Positions 12,568 to 25,913 of a DNA stretch of 64,000 nucleotides are shown in pieces. Location: assembly GCA_964270895.1 (NCBI GenBank), contig OZ185436.1; one strand, given 5' to 3'. The translations under genes were made by a program, and so were the position numbers. This DNA is from Podarcis filfolensis. Its lineage: Eukaryota. Under the pieces are notes generated by a model that saw only the letters and a program-made list of their open reading frames with translations, was not told the DNA's origin and did not search any database. The number at the start of each line of letters is the position of its first letter. Position 1 is the stretch's first letter.

Positions 12568-13589
12568 GCATTAAATGAGGCTTTTTTGTTGTTCAATGCT
12601 GAACACTTTTGTGCATATCTGCTTGTAATGATTAGGATTAATCATATGTATATAGTTATCACCCAGTTTTTAAAAATGTATAATAAATGTATAAAATGTA
12701 GTACCTTGAATGGCATGCATTGGAGGCTTATTATGCAAGTTAAGTGTTTCTCAAACTATATGTAATTGCGTCCCAGCTTCTAATTGTAATTCAGTCTAAC
12801 ATGTTTTGCCCATCCTGAACTTCCTTAAGGATGCTTTCCCAGCTCTTATATCCCCTGCATTGCTTCCACCCACACAAACTCCCCTTCCTTTGCATACCTG
12901 CTTTCCCCACACCACATCGTCTCCAGTTGGAATAAAAGAACCCACAGCAGTTGGGACCTTTCAACACCCCCATCTTCCTTATCAAGGATTCTAGTGGATT
13001 TCCAATCCTCACTTTGGAAAATGCTGAATTTTAACACTTGCAGATCTTCTACCAATACAACATGCAAACCCTTGCACAGACTTCTAGTTTGAGAAACACT
13101 GCAGTATTTTGATTTGTGGAAAACATTAAGCTGCATGCAGAAGAAAATAAGTTTGCCCTGACTTAGCCGTAAAATTGCAGTGACTTGCAGAAACTTCAAT
13201 ATGGGCAGAATCAGGGGTGGTGTGTCCTTTTTCACTGCTTGAGGCAAAACTGGAAATTCCGCCCTGCTGGCAGAAAAGCACCACCGCCATCAACCCTGAT
13301 TTCAGGCAAGATCACCAATTTTTAGTGAGGTATTGCCCAAAATGGATGTGATCTTGCCTGAAATTGGTGCTGATGATGCTGGTGGAGGTGGTGGGGCCTC
13401 ACCCTGCCTAATGCCTGGGCTGGCTTGGGTCAGGAAATTCTCCCTTCACTTCAAGTTACAAGAGTCTCTCTGCATAGCATGGCACTCTGCTGAACCGAAC
13501 AAGAAAGCCTGTTCAAAATAGGAGCTCCATGTATACTGTATGTATAGTATACATATTTACATATGCATTATAGTATGTATATATTATGC

Positions 13590-13646
13590 ACATATATATA
13601 TATATATATATACACATACACACACACATATATATACACACACACT
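13590..13646. repeat. Compound (TA)n/(CA)n microsatellite
   Basis: Directly visible. Confidence 0.9.
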
Positions 13647-14007
13647 TTATACACGTGTATAGAAAAACTCTGAATCAGGGCAGCGGTATTTAGAACCTGA
13701 GTGTGGGAGATGTGCAAAACACCTGCCCAAAGATGTTTCTAGTGCAGGTACATAGAACGAGTGATTATTAATAGATTGCTGCATGATTAGTAAGTTTCCT
13801 TTGCAATAATTTTGAACTGCTCAGATTAACACGCAGTTGCTTTCAAGTCTTCTTCTCTGTTTGTTCTAAAATCAATCTTGCTTGCTCTCTGCGTACACCA
13901 AGAAAATGGGCGGAAATCACTATTCATCGTACTTATCATATTAGTAAGGCAAATGTGCCAGCCTGGAACGCTCTTTGCAATTCACGTAATATTATATTTT
14001 TTTTCAG

Positions 14008-14559
14008 ATTCCTCAGTTTCCCGTCATTCCTGCAGTTACTCCTCTGGCAGGACTTGATAGCCACCCTCCAAACTTGTCTGATATACCTGCTGCAAATGCG
14101 CCCCCTATACCTGCTCCTTCTCAGTATTTTCCTCCAGCTGTGATTTTACCAAGCTTCCCCATGAACCCTGCTCTGCCACTGACATCAAATTCCCCTGCCC
14201 TGCCCATGCAAGCGGTCAACCTTCCTCATACTTCTGTGGCTTCCTTGGTCTTGCCCTGCCAAACAATTGTGCCAAATATGTCGGCTGCTCCAGTACCATT
14301 ACTCGCTGTAGCTCCACCAGGAGTGTCAGCTTTGCCAGCACATCATGCAGTAGCCCAGCTCTCCCAGCAGCAGATGTACCAGGCTACCCTCCAGCAGATA
14401 ATTCAGAATGAAGTTCTTCCCTCTCCCCATCACACCCAGAACATGCAAGCAGTTTCACAACAGCAGCAACAGCAGCTGCCTCCACTTCCTCAGTCACTTC
14501 AACCAAGCATAATTCATCCTTCAGAACAGACTATGTCTGCATCTGGGGCTGGTAATCAG
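14008..14559 (+). CDS. WNK2: WNK2 coding exon (IPQFPVIPAVTPLAG...QYFPPAVILPS...GAGNQ), 552 nt
   Basis: ttttcag| acceptor and |gtaatc donor. Matches remembered human QYFSPAVILPS, PLLAVAPPGV and PSPHHT motifs. Confidence 0.95.
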
Positions 14560-16404
14560 GTAATCTGTTTGACATTGGACTTTCTCGGTACTAGAACATA
14601 GGAGTATCACTCTTAAGTAACAGTTCTGTAGCCTGTTTCACTATAAAAGCAAATAGGAGAATTTGCCCTGTGGAGGTAGAACCAGAAAACCCAGTCACTT
14701 TGGAAAAGGAATTTGTTTAATAAAAGTCTTAGGGTGATGAAAAATAGAATATAGCAAGTGGCTGGCAAATGATAGTTGATGGGCATGCATCAAGTGCCCC
14801 ATCTTCTATCTCCTGTCACAGGAGATGGTACAATATCTTATCAACAGTGAAGAAAATTTTGCTTTTGCAGTTAAGAAATAAATAAGTAGGTGATCTACAC
14901 AGATCTACTTATATTTAATTCATTTATAATTTTGCTTATATACCACCAAAATTGCTTTAAAAGCAGACTGTTCTTCAACAAAGGGATTTTTACTGGGGAC
15001 TAATTTCAGAAATATTATTTTGAGGATATTTATATATAATAGTAACCAATATTATTCTGCATTGTTGCAACTGCAGATTTTTAGGGTCACTGAAGTGCAA
15101 CCTATGGCATTAGCAATCAATACTAGCATTTACAGGAGACGAAAATAGGAGTCTCTTAATAAAACAAGTTTATAACAGAATATAGAATAAAAGAATATTA
15201 ACCACAATTTGAGCAGAAATGAGATTATAATGAGAACAAAGACTGCTTAAGAATGATAAAAATGGGAATTTTATAAGAAGCCATTGCATTTTATCATTAT
15301 CGTCCACCTTCTTAAAATTCATAACATTTCATCTCAACCTATTGTTCTGTATCTTCAGCTTTACTGTATCTAAGTTTCTGTCTTCAGCCATATATTTGGT
15401 ACACATAGATTGTTTGTGAAGAACTTAAGTTCATGTGATTCCCACCTACCCTCCACTGAACCAATGGTATTACTCCCATTGGATTCCATAATAGTTGCAC
15501 CAGGCCTTGTAGCTCTCTAAGCATTGCCTGTCACATACTGATAAACATCTATCTGTTTTGACTTAGATTCATGATTCCTTATTTGTTCTCAAAGGAGACT
15601 TGTGGTATATGATGAGGAGCCTTGACCAGAAGATGTTTATGTTTTATGTCTTGCCATGGGAATGTGAAAAAATTGGCATCCCAGATTGCCTCTATTTCAC
15701 TTGCACTGATTACTAAGTTAGTTTCTGTCTTCAGATTTAGAAATTTTGGAACTCCCTTGGCTGTAATTTAACTGTAATGAGTTGTAGCCAATAACTCGTC
15801 CTACTCAGAGTAGAGCCACAGACAGGAGAAGTCCATTGATTTCAGCAGGCCTACTCCAAGCAGGGCTAGCATTGCCTAGAACCCAGTCTTTTAAAATGGA
15901 TCAAAAATATAGGCTTTCCTCATCTTTCCCCAGTACATGGAGATTGTGAAAGAACTGCTGTACTGGACTGTTGTGTCCACATGTTCCTTTCAAGGAAGCA
16001 TTGTTCATTTTCACCCAAAATGAAACAACTATGTAAACTTGACAACATCCCTTTATATTAAATTTAAACTGCTTTAAAACTATGTGCAGTGAATGCTAAC
16101 AATGCAGGCTATTTTTTTTCTTTCTGTCTTGGTGTCACAACACACACTACATATAAAACGCACACAAACATCAATTATAAGGCACATTAATAGTACTAAA
16201 AGTGACTTTCTCTGTCTTCTGTGCTTTCCTTTGCTGCTGCTGCCTCTTCTATTGTGTCTCTCTTCTGTATCCCATCCCTGCTTCAGCTTCCTGCTCAGGT
16301 AAAGCTTGATTCAGTCATTTGAAACTTGCACAGTTCTAGCTTCTTGTACCAAGGAGAAATATATGCATAATGATGTGCCCATACTCAGTGCTGTTATGGA
16401 GAAC

Positions 16405-16483
16405 CTCCCTTTTGTTACTGCATTGCAAGGGGTTGGACTAGATGGCCCTGGGGTCCCTTCCAACTCTACAATTTTATAATTCT
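16405..16483 (+). mobile_element. 3' fragment of the same CR1-tailed SINE/CR1 family
   Basis: gcattgcaaggggttggactagatggccctggggtcccttccaactctacaattttataattct resembles 10010-10075. Confidence 0.7.
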
Positions 16484-17569
16484 GTAAATCATAGGTCATT
16501 TGTACACAAAGAAAGGGCTTGCAGCCCAATCTTAAACACTCATTTCACACTTTGAGGTGTTTGCTTCTTTAACTATGTGGGATTCAGTAATATAAGGCCT
16601 GAACACATGATTTTCATGACAAAATGACTGGAATTGGCGCAGAATACCTGTTGCATAACACAAGCATTAGTAGAACTCATCCTTTAGATTTAGAACTTGG
16701 AAGAATCCATTTCATCTGAAGCTGCTCTAGAGACCATCACATATTCCACACAGGGGATTTGTGGAATAAGTGGCATTATGTTTCTGTTTTCTGCCCCAAA
16801 CATTTGAAGTGGTTTTCAAATACAATAACCAAATTAATATGTGCAAGGAAACAGAAGTCTGTTTTTCCCACCACCATGTGCTAAACCATGGTTTAGTGCA
16901 AACACGGAAACGTGTGGGCTCGTGGAGCAGAGATTGTGTCGAATTCCCTGCTCTCCAGCAATTTTGTTGTTGCACTTTGCTAAATAACTTCTCTCTGGAA
17001 GCCTGCAGTTTGCTCACTCATTCTGAGGTGTGATTTGGCTTAGTGTTACGTGCAAACAAAGGTATAGTGTCAGCAATGTGTAAAGATGTGACATTATGCT
17101 TATTTTGTTGATTGTGGGGGGGGGGCCCTAGTTTTATATTAAAAAATCTACATCCAGCATTTAGACATTATGTCTTGATCCAGTTCCTAACTCTTGAACT
17201 GAGCCCCATTTCACAGAAATAACGATGTTGTGATTGTCTGAAATGCAACCACTCTCACCTTGTACATACAACTAAACTTCCCTGATGTGAGCTCTCTCAC
17301 CGTGGGATAAGTTGGTAATCTTTATCATCCTGACAAGTTGTAAGGAAGGTGTGAATAGATCTGAGGTTTAGCTATGTGGTGAAATAGACATGTGTATGGG
17401 CTCTTAGAAGCTGCTTCATAAAATAAAGCATTCATGTGCAGCAACTTGCCATGCAGATCTGGTGATTTAACTCACAACTCCCTTTAGTAATCTGCAGTGG
17501 TGTGCTGAAAATTTTCAGATCTAAGTGGTGAGTTGTTGCATATGATAAGTCACTGTTTGTCTGAATGGG

Positions 17570-17636
17570 CCTTCCTTCCTTCCTTCCTTCCTTCCTTCCT
17601 TCCTTCCTTCCTTCCTTCCTTCCTTCCTTCCTTCCT
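17570..17636. repeat. (CCTT)n tetranucleotide microsatellite
   Basis: Directly visible. Confidence 0.98.
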
Positions 17637-17805
17637 TTGTTTTTCAAAACAAAAAGCACTTAAGTATGGTTTCATCACACTACAGTGCAATGATTTGTAT
17701 TAAAAAGGTTTTTTTATTTAAAACAGTTATGAGTTTAGCTATGTGAATTATTAATATCATAAATGGAATTGATGTTACTAACAGGTGTGTGCTATGTTGC
17801 AACAG

Positions 17806-18111
17806 ATTATTGGACACCCTCAGTATACTGTGGATATTGGGACCCAGATGCCTGCATTGCCAGTGCAGCCTTCTGCAGTTATGTCACCACCACTGCAGTT
17901 GCAGCCTGAAGCACTGCAACCCTGTATTGGTCCAGAAGGTCTTCCACAAAGCACCATTGCTCCATCAAATGCAGCAATGCCTATAGATCATGGGCTGCCT
18001 CTCCAGTCTACTGGTTATCTGCCGCCTCAGCCAGATAATCACCAGCCTCTGGGCCAGCAGGTCCAAACTTCATGCCCAGTTATGCCACAGGCTACAGAAT
18101 CTTCTCAAGAG
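17806..18111 (+). CDS. WNK2: WNK2 coding exon (IIGHPQYTVDIGTQMP...ESSQE), 306 nt
   Basis: caacag| acceptor and |gtagta donor. Similar to human ILLGHPAPYAVDVAAQVP. Confidence 0.9.
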
Positions 18112-18713
18112 GTAGTACTTGGTTTTTTTGCTGTTAACTATCAGAAAATTCATTGGTCTAGTTGAATGAGCTGTTTTCTCAATTGCCAGGGTAGAGTCTC
18201 CTAAAATCAATTCACCTCCTGTGAATTTTTTATGATCCTCCTCTCAATGACATTTATAAGTTCTTTATAAGAAATAATTCAAAATCTTCATTCTTCATAT
18301 TTATATTTATTCCACAGCTTTCTGAGTACCTTCCTTTCCATAAACTAATGCTTCTTTATTCAGTTTCCCACCACAATAGCATAGTGATAATAATATAAAG
18401 TGACCTGGATTTTAAAGATTGGTCTTTTGTTAGTCTTTGGCTGAAACTTGCCACTGCGGATATTACCAGCTGATTCATCTGATATCAGTGCTAGCACATG
18501 ATGCTGCTCCATAGGGGGAACAGCTTCAAAGGCATTATGACTAGTAATTTCCTCAAAGAGAGGGTGTCCTCAGAGATTGTTTGCTATGCTGGCACAGAGT
18601 TGGCCATTGAAATCAATTGGAATTACAAGTGCTAGCCGTGGCTGGATTTGCACACAAATATTAATTATGAAGCATGCCTCTGGTGAAAAAACTGTTTCTT
18701 CCTTCCATTTTAG

Positions 18714-18763
18714 GAGCATGGAATAATGGAAAAGCAGCAGTCACTATCACAGAGCTGTGAAAG
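18714..18763 (+). CDS. WNK2: WNK2 50-nt coding exon (EHGIMEKQQSLSQSCE-S), phase 0 in, phase 2 out
   Basis: ccattttag| acceptor and |gtatcc donor. The QSCES junction matches human PQSCESY and joins the next exon in frame. Confidence 0.9.
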
Positions 18764-19112
18764 GTATCCTCACCATTTGTCTAGTACAGTGGCATACCAA
18801 TCATTAACTGTTATCATGTCTACACAAGAGGATTTGAAACGTTTTCTAGGGCAGGGGTGGAGAACCTCCAGCCAATCTTTGTCCACTCAGGAGTCCAGTT
18901 TGGCCCACAAACCCATTTCCCCAAGCCTGTCAATCATCCTACATCCCTTGTGATGTCAACTGATAGGTGGGAGGATGAGGGTTCAGTTCTGCATTGGGTG
19001 TGGGTGCCTGTTCCCAGAAGGTGCACACAGCCAAACTAAGCAGGAATTAACCTCTACTCAACAGCTGGGGTTAAATCCTGCTGGGAACAGGCACGTGCAG
19101 CCAAAGCGAATA

Positions 19113-19338
19113 CAGTGGTACCTCGGGTTAAGTACTTAATTGGTTCCGGAGGTCTGTTCTTAACCTGAAACTGTTCTTAACCTGAAGCACCACTTTAGCT
19201 AATGGGGCCTCCTACTGCCGCCATGCCGCCAGAGCATGATTTCTGTTCTTATCCTGAAGCAAAGTTCTTAACCTGAAGCACTATTTCTGGGTTAGCAGAG
19301 TCTGTAACCTGAAGCGTATGTAACCTGAGGTACCACTG
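19113..19338. mobile_element. Tc1/mariner (Tigger/pogo-like) MITE, copy 1
   Basis: TIRs CAGTGGTACCTC(G/A)GGTTA / TAACCTGAGGTACCACTG, flanked by TA on both sides. Internal TAACCTGAA repeats. Confidence 0.9.
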
Positions 19339-20348
19339 TATTTAAAATGCAGGCTTCTTTCTCCCACCCCACCCCCCACTCCTGGTTAGAGAAAGAAGCA
19401 TTTTGCTGGCCCTATGCTTAGCTGTTCCCAAACAACAGGGGCTAGCAAGGAGCCTAGGACTGGAAAAGCACTTATTTCTCCCCTCTCTCTGGGACTGGGG
19501 GAGAAAGAAGCCTGCCATTTACATCCTTGGTTTGTGTATTCTTGTTACACCAGAGAAACAGGCACATGAAGCCAAAGAACCCCTGCGAAACACCAAGCAT
19601 GGGGCTAGCAACACCTGTGCTGCTGCAGTTCCCAAGACTGTGCTGATGTGTACCACAGAAACATTTACTAATAATGGAGAAATTGTATTTTGGACAACTT
19701 GTCTTCCACTATTGATCATCTCATCAGAACACCATTTTAAAAACACTGTTCCAGACCCCCCCAAAAAAATCTTCAGTTTTGTTGTTGTTCTTAGTCATTA
19801 TGTTTCCCAAGGTACACTGTGAGAAGAGCATGAGGATATTTTTAATTAAAAATGTAAATGCATTTAAACAGCTGAAAGAAATAGTTGTCCATCTGATGTC
19901 TGTTTCCTAATTTGATATGAGGGACTTCGATTTGAGCAAATTCTGTGCAATCAAAGCCTGGATGAAAAAGGAAGCACAGAATCTTATATTTTATTTATAA
20001 ATATCCTCTTCTACCAATGCATAGCTTGGGACCCTCCAAGCCAAATGTAGTTTGCCAGTAGGTCACCAAGTGAGTACTGCTTCTCAGTAGGTTCTGGACA
20101 AATAAAAAGAAATACTAAATTTAGACACATTGATGGATAGATCTGTCAGTGAACATGGCAGTTAAAATTCATAGTAAAAATCTTGCTGGCAGCATTAGAG
20201 ATGGAATACCTAATGAGGTGGACCTCTGATCTCTTGCAAAAAGGCATGTTCTGAAGAGTTTGTGCTGATTTTGAGGGGGAGCTTTTAAAAGAATGCTTCA
20301 TGGTCATACTATTTGTCTTCTGTCTTCATTTTACTCCTTATTGCAAAG

Positions 20349-20514
20349 TTACATGAGTCCTGATGTGGCTTCTGGTAAAGAGATGAGTGACAGTTTTGAA
20401 GGAACAAGTGGAAGTAGTAAACAAGAAGGAAAATCTTCCAAGAAGCATAAGAAATCAACACGTACTCGTTCACGCCAGGAAAAATCCAACAGGCCCAAAC
20501 TGACAATTTTAAAT
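20349..20514 (+). CDS. WNK2: WNK2 coding exon (YMSPDVASGKEMSDS...RPKLTILN)
   Basis: gcaaag| acceptor and |gtaagt donor. Matches human DVTSGKELSDS...RPRLTILN. Confidence 0.96.
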
Positions 20515-20719
20515 GTAAGTCAGCTACATTTGCTTAAGACTTACTTATATATTTATATTCCTGTTCTACCCATGCATGGGTGAAAGGTACTATTCCTGGC
20601 AACCCTGAAATTTCTGGTTGGGAGAATTACTTTGATGACAGAATATTTATGAATGAGATGTTTTTGCCACCCTGGGCTCCTTTGGGAGTGTTAGAAATAA
20701 TTATTGATTCTTTTTATAG

Positions 20720-20836
20720 GTATGCAACACAGGGGATAAGATGGTGGAATGCCAGCTAGAAACACACAATCACAAAATGGTTACATTTAAGTTTGATTTA
20801 GATGGCGATGCACCAGAAGAAATTGCTACTTACATG
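20720..20836 (+). CDS. WNK2: WNK2 coding exon, CCT-like domain part ([39 protein letters not shown])
   Basis: tttatag| acceptor and |gtaaga donor. Near-identical to the remembered human WNK2 sequence. Confidence 0.98.
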
Positions 20837-21945
20837 GTAAGACCTTTCTTTAGATTCATTAGCTGAATTGATGCCACCGCCTTCTTAGTACAGCCACAGA
20901 AAAGTATTTCTGATCATTCAGAAGGGAGCTATTGAGACGCAGCCTGATTTCTGTTTAGCATCCCATTTCTGGATGTGTGTTTGGTGCCCGGTATGGTGCT
21001 GATAGACACCCTGGCACCCATGGAAACCACATGCCAAGGCTCCCTACCCCTCCTATTTTTAATTATTTTTAACTTCTTCTTCTTTAAACCTTCTGAGTGG
21101 GCTGGGATCACGTCAAAGCAAATGGCTGGCCTCTTCAAATTGACCCTGGGACCCATATGGACCCAGAGGAATTCTTAGGAAGTGAAGATGTCTGATGGCT
21201 GCAAGCTGATGCTTTGCTCTGCAGTGTGCTCATCCTTCCAGAAGAAGAATAAAAGGGGTCTCTATGTTGATGCCTGGTAAGCAGGGAGGGGAAGCTAGAC
21301 TTAGTCTATACACACAGGCTAATAGTAAGAGAGGATGTTTTTTACCTCCCTATGAGTGGCCCACTTTTGCACTCTTCTCTTTACTGTTTGGGAAGTCAGT
21401 GTGCCGTGTGGGATGAGAGGTACTGTTCTGGCCTTCATACATGCTAGTCACAATTTATTGCTGTTGCATATGTGCAAAAGATGCTTCAGCTGTTCATGAA
21501 TACTGCTGCTAATTTGGCTCAGAGATATTCAATATGCTATCCTTAATTGCTCTGGCATAAGCAGGGCAAGTTGAAAGTTCCCAGTGACCCATCAACTAGT
21601 CCTTGAAGCTTGTGCATATTTTGAAATGCCTCTCATGCAGTAATGCATTCATTTACTGCTTAATCAAGATAGGTCAGTTACATAAGAGCAATGAATAATT
21701 TCTGTAGCTTTGCTCAGCTCTGTTGGCCAGGGAAAAGATCCGTTCATTTCAAATGTAAAGCATAAACTATGGTTCATGCACACCCAGTTCCATATATGTG
21801 GAACTTCTTTCCACTGCATGCTATTTTTAAAAGATTTAAATTGGCCATACAGTTACTTCTTGTTATGAAGTTACTACAGAGCAAACACTAGAGAGAATGC
21901 AGTTTTAAAAAATAAATATATATATATATCTGTGTATCCCTATAG

Positions 21946-22113
21946 GTAGAAAATGAATTTATATTGCCTACTGAGAAAGAGATATTTATAGAGCAACTGA
22001 AAGAAATCATTGACAAAGCAGAAGATATGCTTAGTGAAGATACAGAAGGGGAACGAAGTTCTGATCAGGGTGCAAGCCCTCAGCAAGACACCTGCAGGAT
22101 GGAAAACAATGAG
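21946..22113 (+). CDS. WNK2: WNK2 coding exon (VENEFILPTEKEIFIEQLKEIIDKAEDMLSED...ENNE)
   Basis: ctatag| acceptor and |gtattg donor. Matches human DKAEDMLSEDT. Confidence 0.96.
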
Positions 22114-22294
22114 GTATTGCTAAAAAAAACCCAACCCACCAAAGGTAGATGAAAGTCTACTCTAATTGTCTTCAACAGCTTCCACTAAAAGAACTATGTG
22201 ATAGTATAATATTTTTTGCTTATTTCATTAAGCAGAACTTTCAACCACAGATAAATGCATGTAGACTACTAATGGTCTTTTTCATTTTAAATAG

Positions 22295-22340
22295 GTGAAT
22301 CGGCAATCCCAGGCAAGAATGCCAGTGTACCAACAGAATG
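22295..22340 (+). CDS. WNK2: WNK2 46-nt exon (VNRQSQARMPVYQQN-V)
   Basis: aaatag| acceptor and |gtaaaa donor. Matches human RQSQANAPVYQQNV. Phase 1 out fits the next exon. Confidence 0.93.
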
Positions 22341-23014
22341 GTAAAAGTGTTTCCATGATTATATGTGTCAACCCGCCCCCCTAAAAAACCCTGTAAAGCA
22401 ATTAATCTATATTGGATATCACTGACAATTATCTATTTTTAGAGTTCATCAGCCCAGCCACTAAACATTCTACAGAGCAAGCCCCAAGCTTAAGTCTGAT
22501 TAGTGTCACGGGGGAACAGTCTTCCAACTGCTATTAGTCTTGCTAGATGGCACCATCACATTAAAGGGAAATGAGCACTGACTGATTGTTCTCCCTATTG
22601 CAAGTAATGTTTCTTCCTGACTCTTACTTACGTTGGCAAATCAGTTATGAATATCATAGTAGCACTGTGCTAGTGACACTTCCATCCTTTAGAATACCTT
22701 TCCACCTCAAAAGAGGTTTGTCTCTACATGTGCATATATGCACTACTGCAGACATACAAGATAAGTGTAAGCATATTAACTGTGGCTTTCTGGTAGTCTA
22801 CAGGTTTTGGCAGAAGATGAAATCTAAAACATAACTAAGCCTCAAAATCCTGCAAAGATTGCTTCTAGCTTTCAATTCACTTATTATGGGTGCTATTCTA
22901 AATTTTGTTCAGAGTAAGCCTGCTGAAATTAATGAACCCAATCTTGTCATGTTCTGAATGCAACACTGTGTTTCTGTGCACAATTACCGGCACACGGTGA
23001 GATTTATTTCTGAG

Positions 23015-23412
23015 TAGGGATGGCAGGGAAATTCAGTTCTGTTTGCATTTAAAAGTGAACCTACCTTGCTCAGACTTTCTGAAAAAATATATGAACCGAA
23101 ACACTGCCATCCATCAGAATTCAGACTTTTCCAAATTTTGCAATGCAGTTCTCCAGTCCAATAATGTTTACAAAAATGCATATACTACAATGAAATGTGC
23201 ATAAAAATGCAATATATCAGGGGAAATTGCTTTGCGTATATTCCACAGAACTCTGTACAAAAATGTGTGTATTAGGAGAAACTTACTAATGAATTTTCAT
23301 GATGACATTTTTAAAGAAAAAAAAATTAAACTCCTATGGAAATGTGGAGAACTGAATTTAAGATGGATAAGAAATTGGGAGAAACTGATATTGGCATGTT
23401 TGACCATCCCTG
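23015..23412. mobile_element. Degraded hAT-like MITE
   Basis: Ends TAGGGATG ... CATCCCTG. The AT-rich interior resembles the 12240-12495 fragment, which also ends catccctg. Confidence 0.5.
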
Positions 23413-23669
23413 TTCTTGAAGAAACATGTCTAGGATTAGGCTGCAAGCATGACGGTAGCTATTGCTCTAGACTTCATTATTTCCATCAGCCTTGTGGAAG
23501 CATCATATTTAAATGTGGTAGTCCTGCATTATTGTTTTTTGAATTTCTTCTTGAAATTAAAGACAGTGTATCTTTTGCATTATGTGCTGATTTCATTTGA
23601 GCAATATCAGCCTCTTGCCCGTGTTTGATATAGAAATAGTGACCATTCCAACCCTCCTTTTGTGATTAG

Positions 23670-23786
23670 TTCTGCATACAGGAAAGCGGTGGTTTATCAT
23701 TTGTCCTGTTGTGGAAAATCCAGCGGCTGAAGCACCAGAATTCACTTCATCAGCTCCTCAAAGTGCAAAACAGGCCGACGCTCCAG
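23670..23786 (+). CDS. WNK2: WNK2 coding exon (LHTGKRWFIICPVVE...ADAP), 117 nt, phase 1-1
   Basis: gattag| acceptor and |gtactt donor. LHTGKRWFIICPV is identical to human WNK2 as remembered. Confidence 0.96.
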
Positions 23787-24742
23787 GTACTTGAGAACTT
23801 TAAAGATTTAAGAACAAATCATAGAATTCCTATATGTTCCTGTCCTTCCAGGCACTTACACAAAAATCATAGCATAAGATAGAAAACTCGCTACCTTTTA
23901 AAAACTCATTTACTATTTTTCAAAAAGGAAACACATGGGAAAGTGAAAAGAAATAGCAGGAAAGCATTTAAAACTAACTACGTGGCCAATAAAAATATAT
24001 TTGGATTTATTCAAGATACCATCTTCAGGATTTTCATTTCTTTTGTCACCAGGGTTTGATGGGCCACAATCAATAATGCAGAGGCAGTTGCATGCAGAAG
24101 CCATCCACAAATGTGTGGGTCCCATAGCTGTAAAGTAGCAATTAGCTTTCCCCGGAAAAGGCATTTATTTCAATCATTCATTACTCAAGAGAATTGGAAT
24201 AGCCAAGGGCAAGCGGAACAAGTTAGAGGCAAATTAGTGTCAAAACCTTGCTACAAAAGAGTACGCATTTATGAACATTGAACTGGATCCTTTTTGTTTT
24301 ACATGCGTAGATGTAATTGAAGTTCCTGTCACATAAATGAATTTTAAAGACTCTGTAATGCATGCACCACCTTGTTATTAATCTCAATTTTCCAGTTGGT
24401 TGAAATGGGGCAGTGCATCATTACTACTAATAGCCAATAAAGGGCAATCTGTCTTACATTAGAAAAATTGCTATATATAGCTGTAATAGTAAGCAAGAGT
24501 AGCCTGTCTTTATGATCATGTTTTAGCTGTAGATGTAAAACAAAATGTATACAATATTCTTGTTTACATACAGAAAATCATCTGTTTTAAAACTGCTTTA
24601 ATACAAGGAGAGCACTTCAGCTGTTTAAAGCGTTTTATCATTCTGCTCTTACATTTCTGGTCCTATGTTTGAGGCTCCATTTGAGGCTACAAACGGAAGT
24701 GCCATTCTCTGAACTCAAGGTTTCCTTTTCTGTTATTTACAG

Positions 24743-25913
24743 ATGTAGAACAGTCGGATGATCAGCAGCAGAGCTCTACAGCAACAGACAAACCCACAAA
24801 CACAGCCCATCAGCAGCTTTCAGGTCAAAGGAGCGCCACGGACAGCCCCAAAGCAACTCCTGCTCCTCCTCCTGCTCCTCTGACACAAGTCTCCACTGCA
24901 GCACCAACCTCCCTTCCACAGGTCCAGCCAGAAACATCCACTGCAACACCCCCAGTGACGGCTCCATGTGCTCCAGAACAGGTTGCTGACAACACAGGCC
25001 AACCAGAGTACCCTCCGCAACAACAGCCTGTTGTATCCAGTCAGCCTGGTACACCTGCTGCCCCCAGTGCAACTTCACTCGAAGAACGTCCTGAGGCCCA
25101 GCTTCCTCTAAATCCCCCATTGCAGGCACTCCAACGAATAGATGAAAACCCGTGTGTCCCTGAGACAGAGGCTGAACAGGGGACTGCTAGGCTGCCAGAG
25201 CCGATCCAGACTGCTTCTGCACAGGCAGCAGAAGCCTGCCCACTCCCTGCTGTCTCTGATGCGACTGTTTTAGAACACCAGCCTCCAACACAAATCCTCA
25301 ACTTGCCAGACAGCAGTCAGCCTAGTCAGATGCCTCCTTCTTTTGCAAGCCAGGCAGTTCCTGTGTCTGCTGTCCCCGATCCTCTGATTCTAGCAGCACC
25401 TCAGCTTTCAAGTCCCCCTCACTCATCAGCAGCTACATCCCAGTTACAAGCCCAGTCCCAGCCCTCGTCATCCGCTGGCCTTGCAGTTAGCGGGCCTCAG
25501 CCGCCTTGTGCTGTAGAATCAGACGGTGAAGGGCCACCGAGAGTTGATTTTGCTGACAACACAATAAAGAGTCTGGATGAGAAGCTGCGCAACTTGCTCT
25601 ACCAGGAGTATGTCCCGACATCTTCTGCATCTGCAGCAACACCGGACAGCTTTGTACCTATAGACCAAGGAGATGGTGAATTTAACTTGGCACCTTTGCC
25701 TGCGCTTGTGTTGGACCTGAAAGTTCCTGCAGCTGCCATGGATGTTACGTCAGCTGAGGATCAACCTGAACTCACCACGTCTCCTGTTCCGGCAAGTCAA
25801 CCTGTGGCTGTGGTGCCTGTGGTACCACTTACACAGAAATCATGCAAACCTCTGCTAAGAGTGCTGCAGTTTATGGGCTTTGTAAACCAGAATTCAGAAA
25901 CGAAGAGCCGATG
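24743..25913 (+). CDS. WNK2: WNK2 large Pro/Ser-rich exon (DVEQSDD...[33 protein letters not shown]...); 3' end uncertain (25821 or 25913)
   Basis: atttacag| acceptor. The frame is open from 24745 to TAG 25917, with the conserved [27 protein letters not shown] motif. The 3' end has a phase conflict (see findings). Confidence 0.88.

Noticed and set aside
24776-25301. Minus-strand ORFs overlapping the large exon (24776-25129, 24820-25023, 25041-25301)
   Set aside because: Antisense shadows of a GC-rich coding exon, with no independent similarity.
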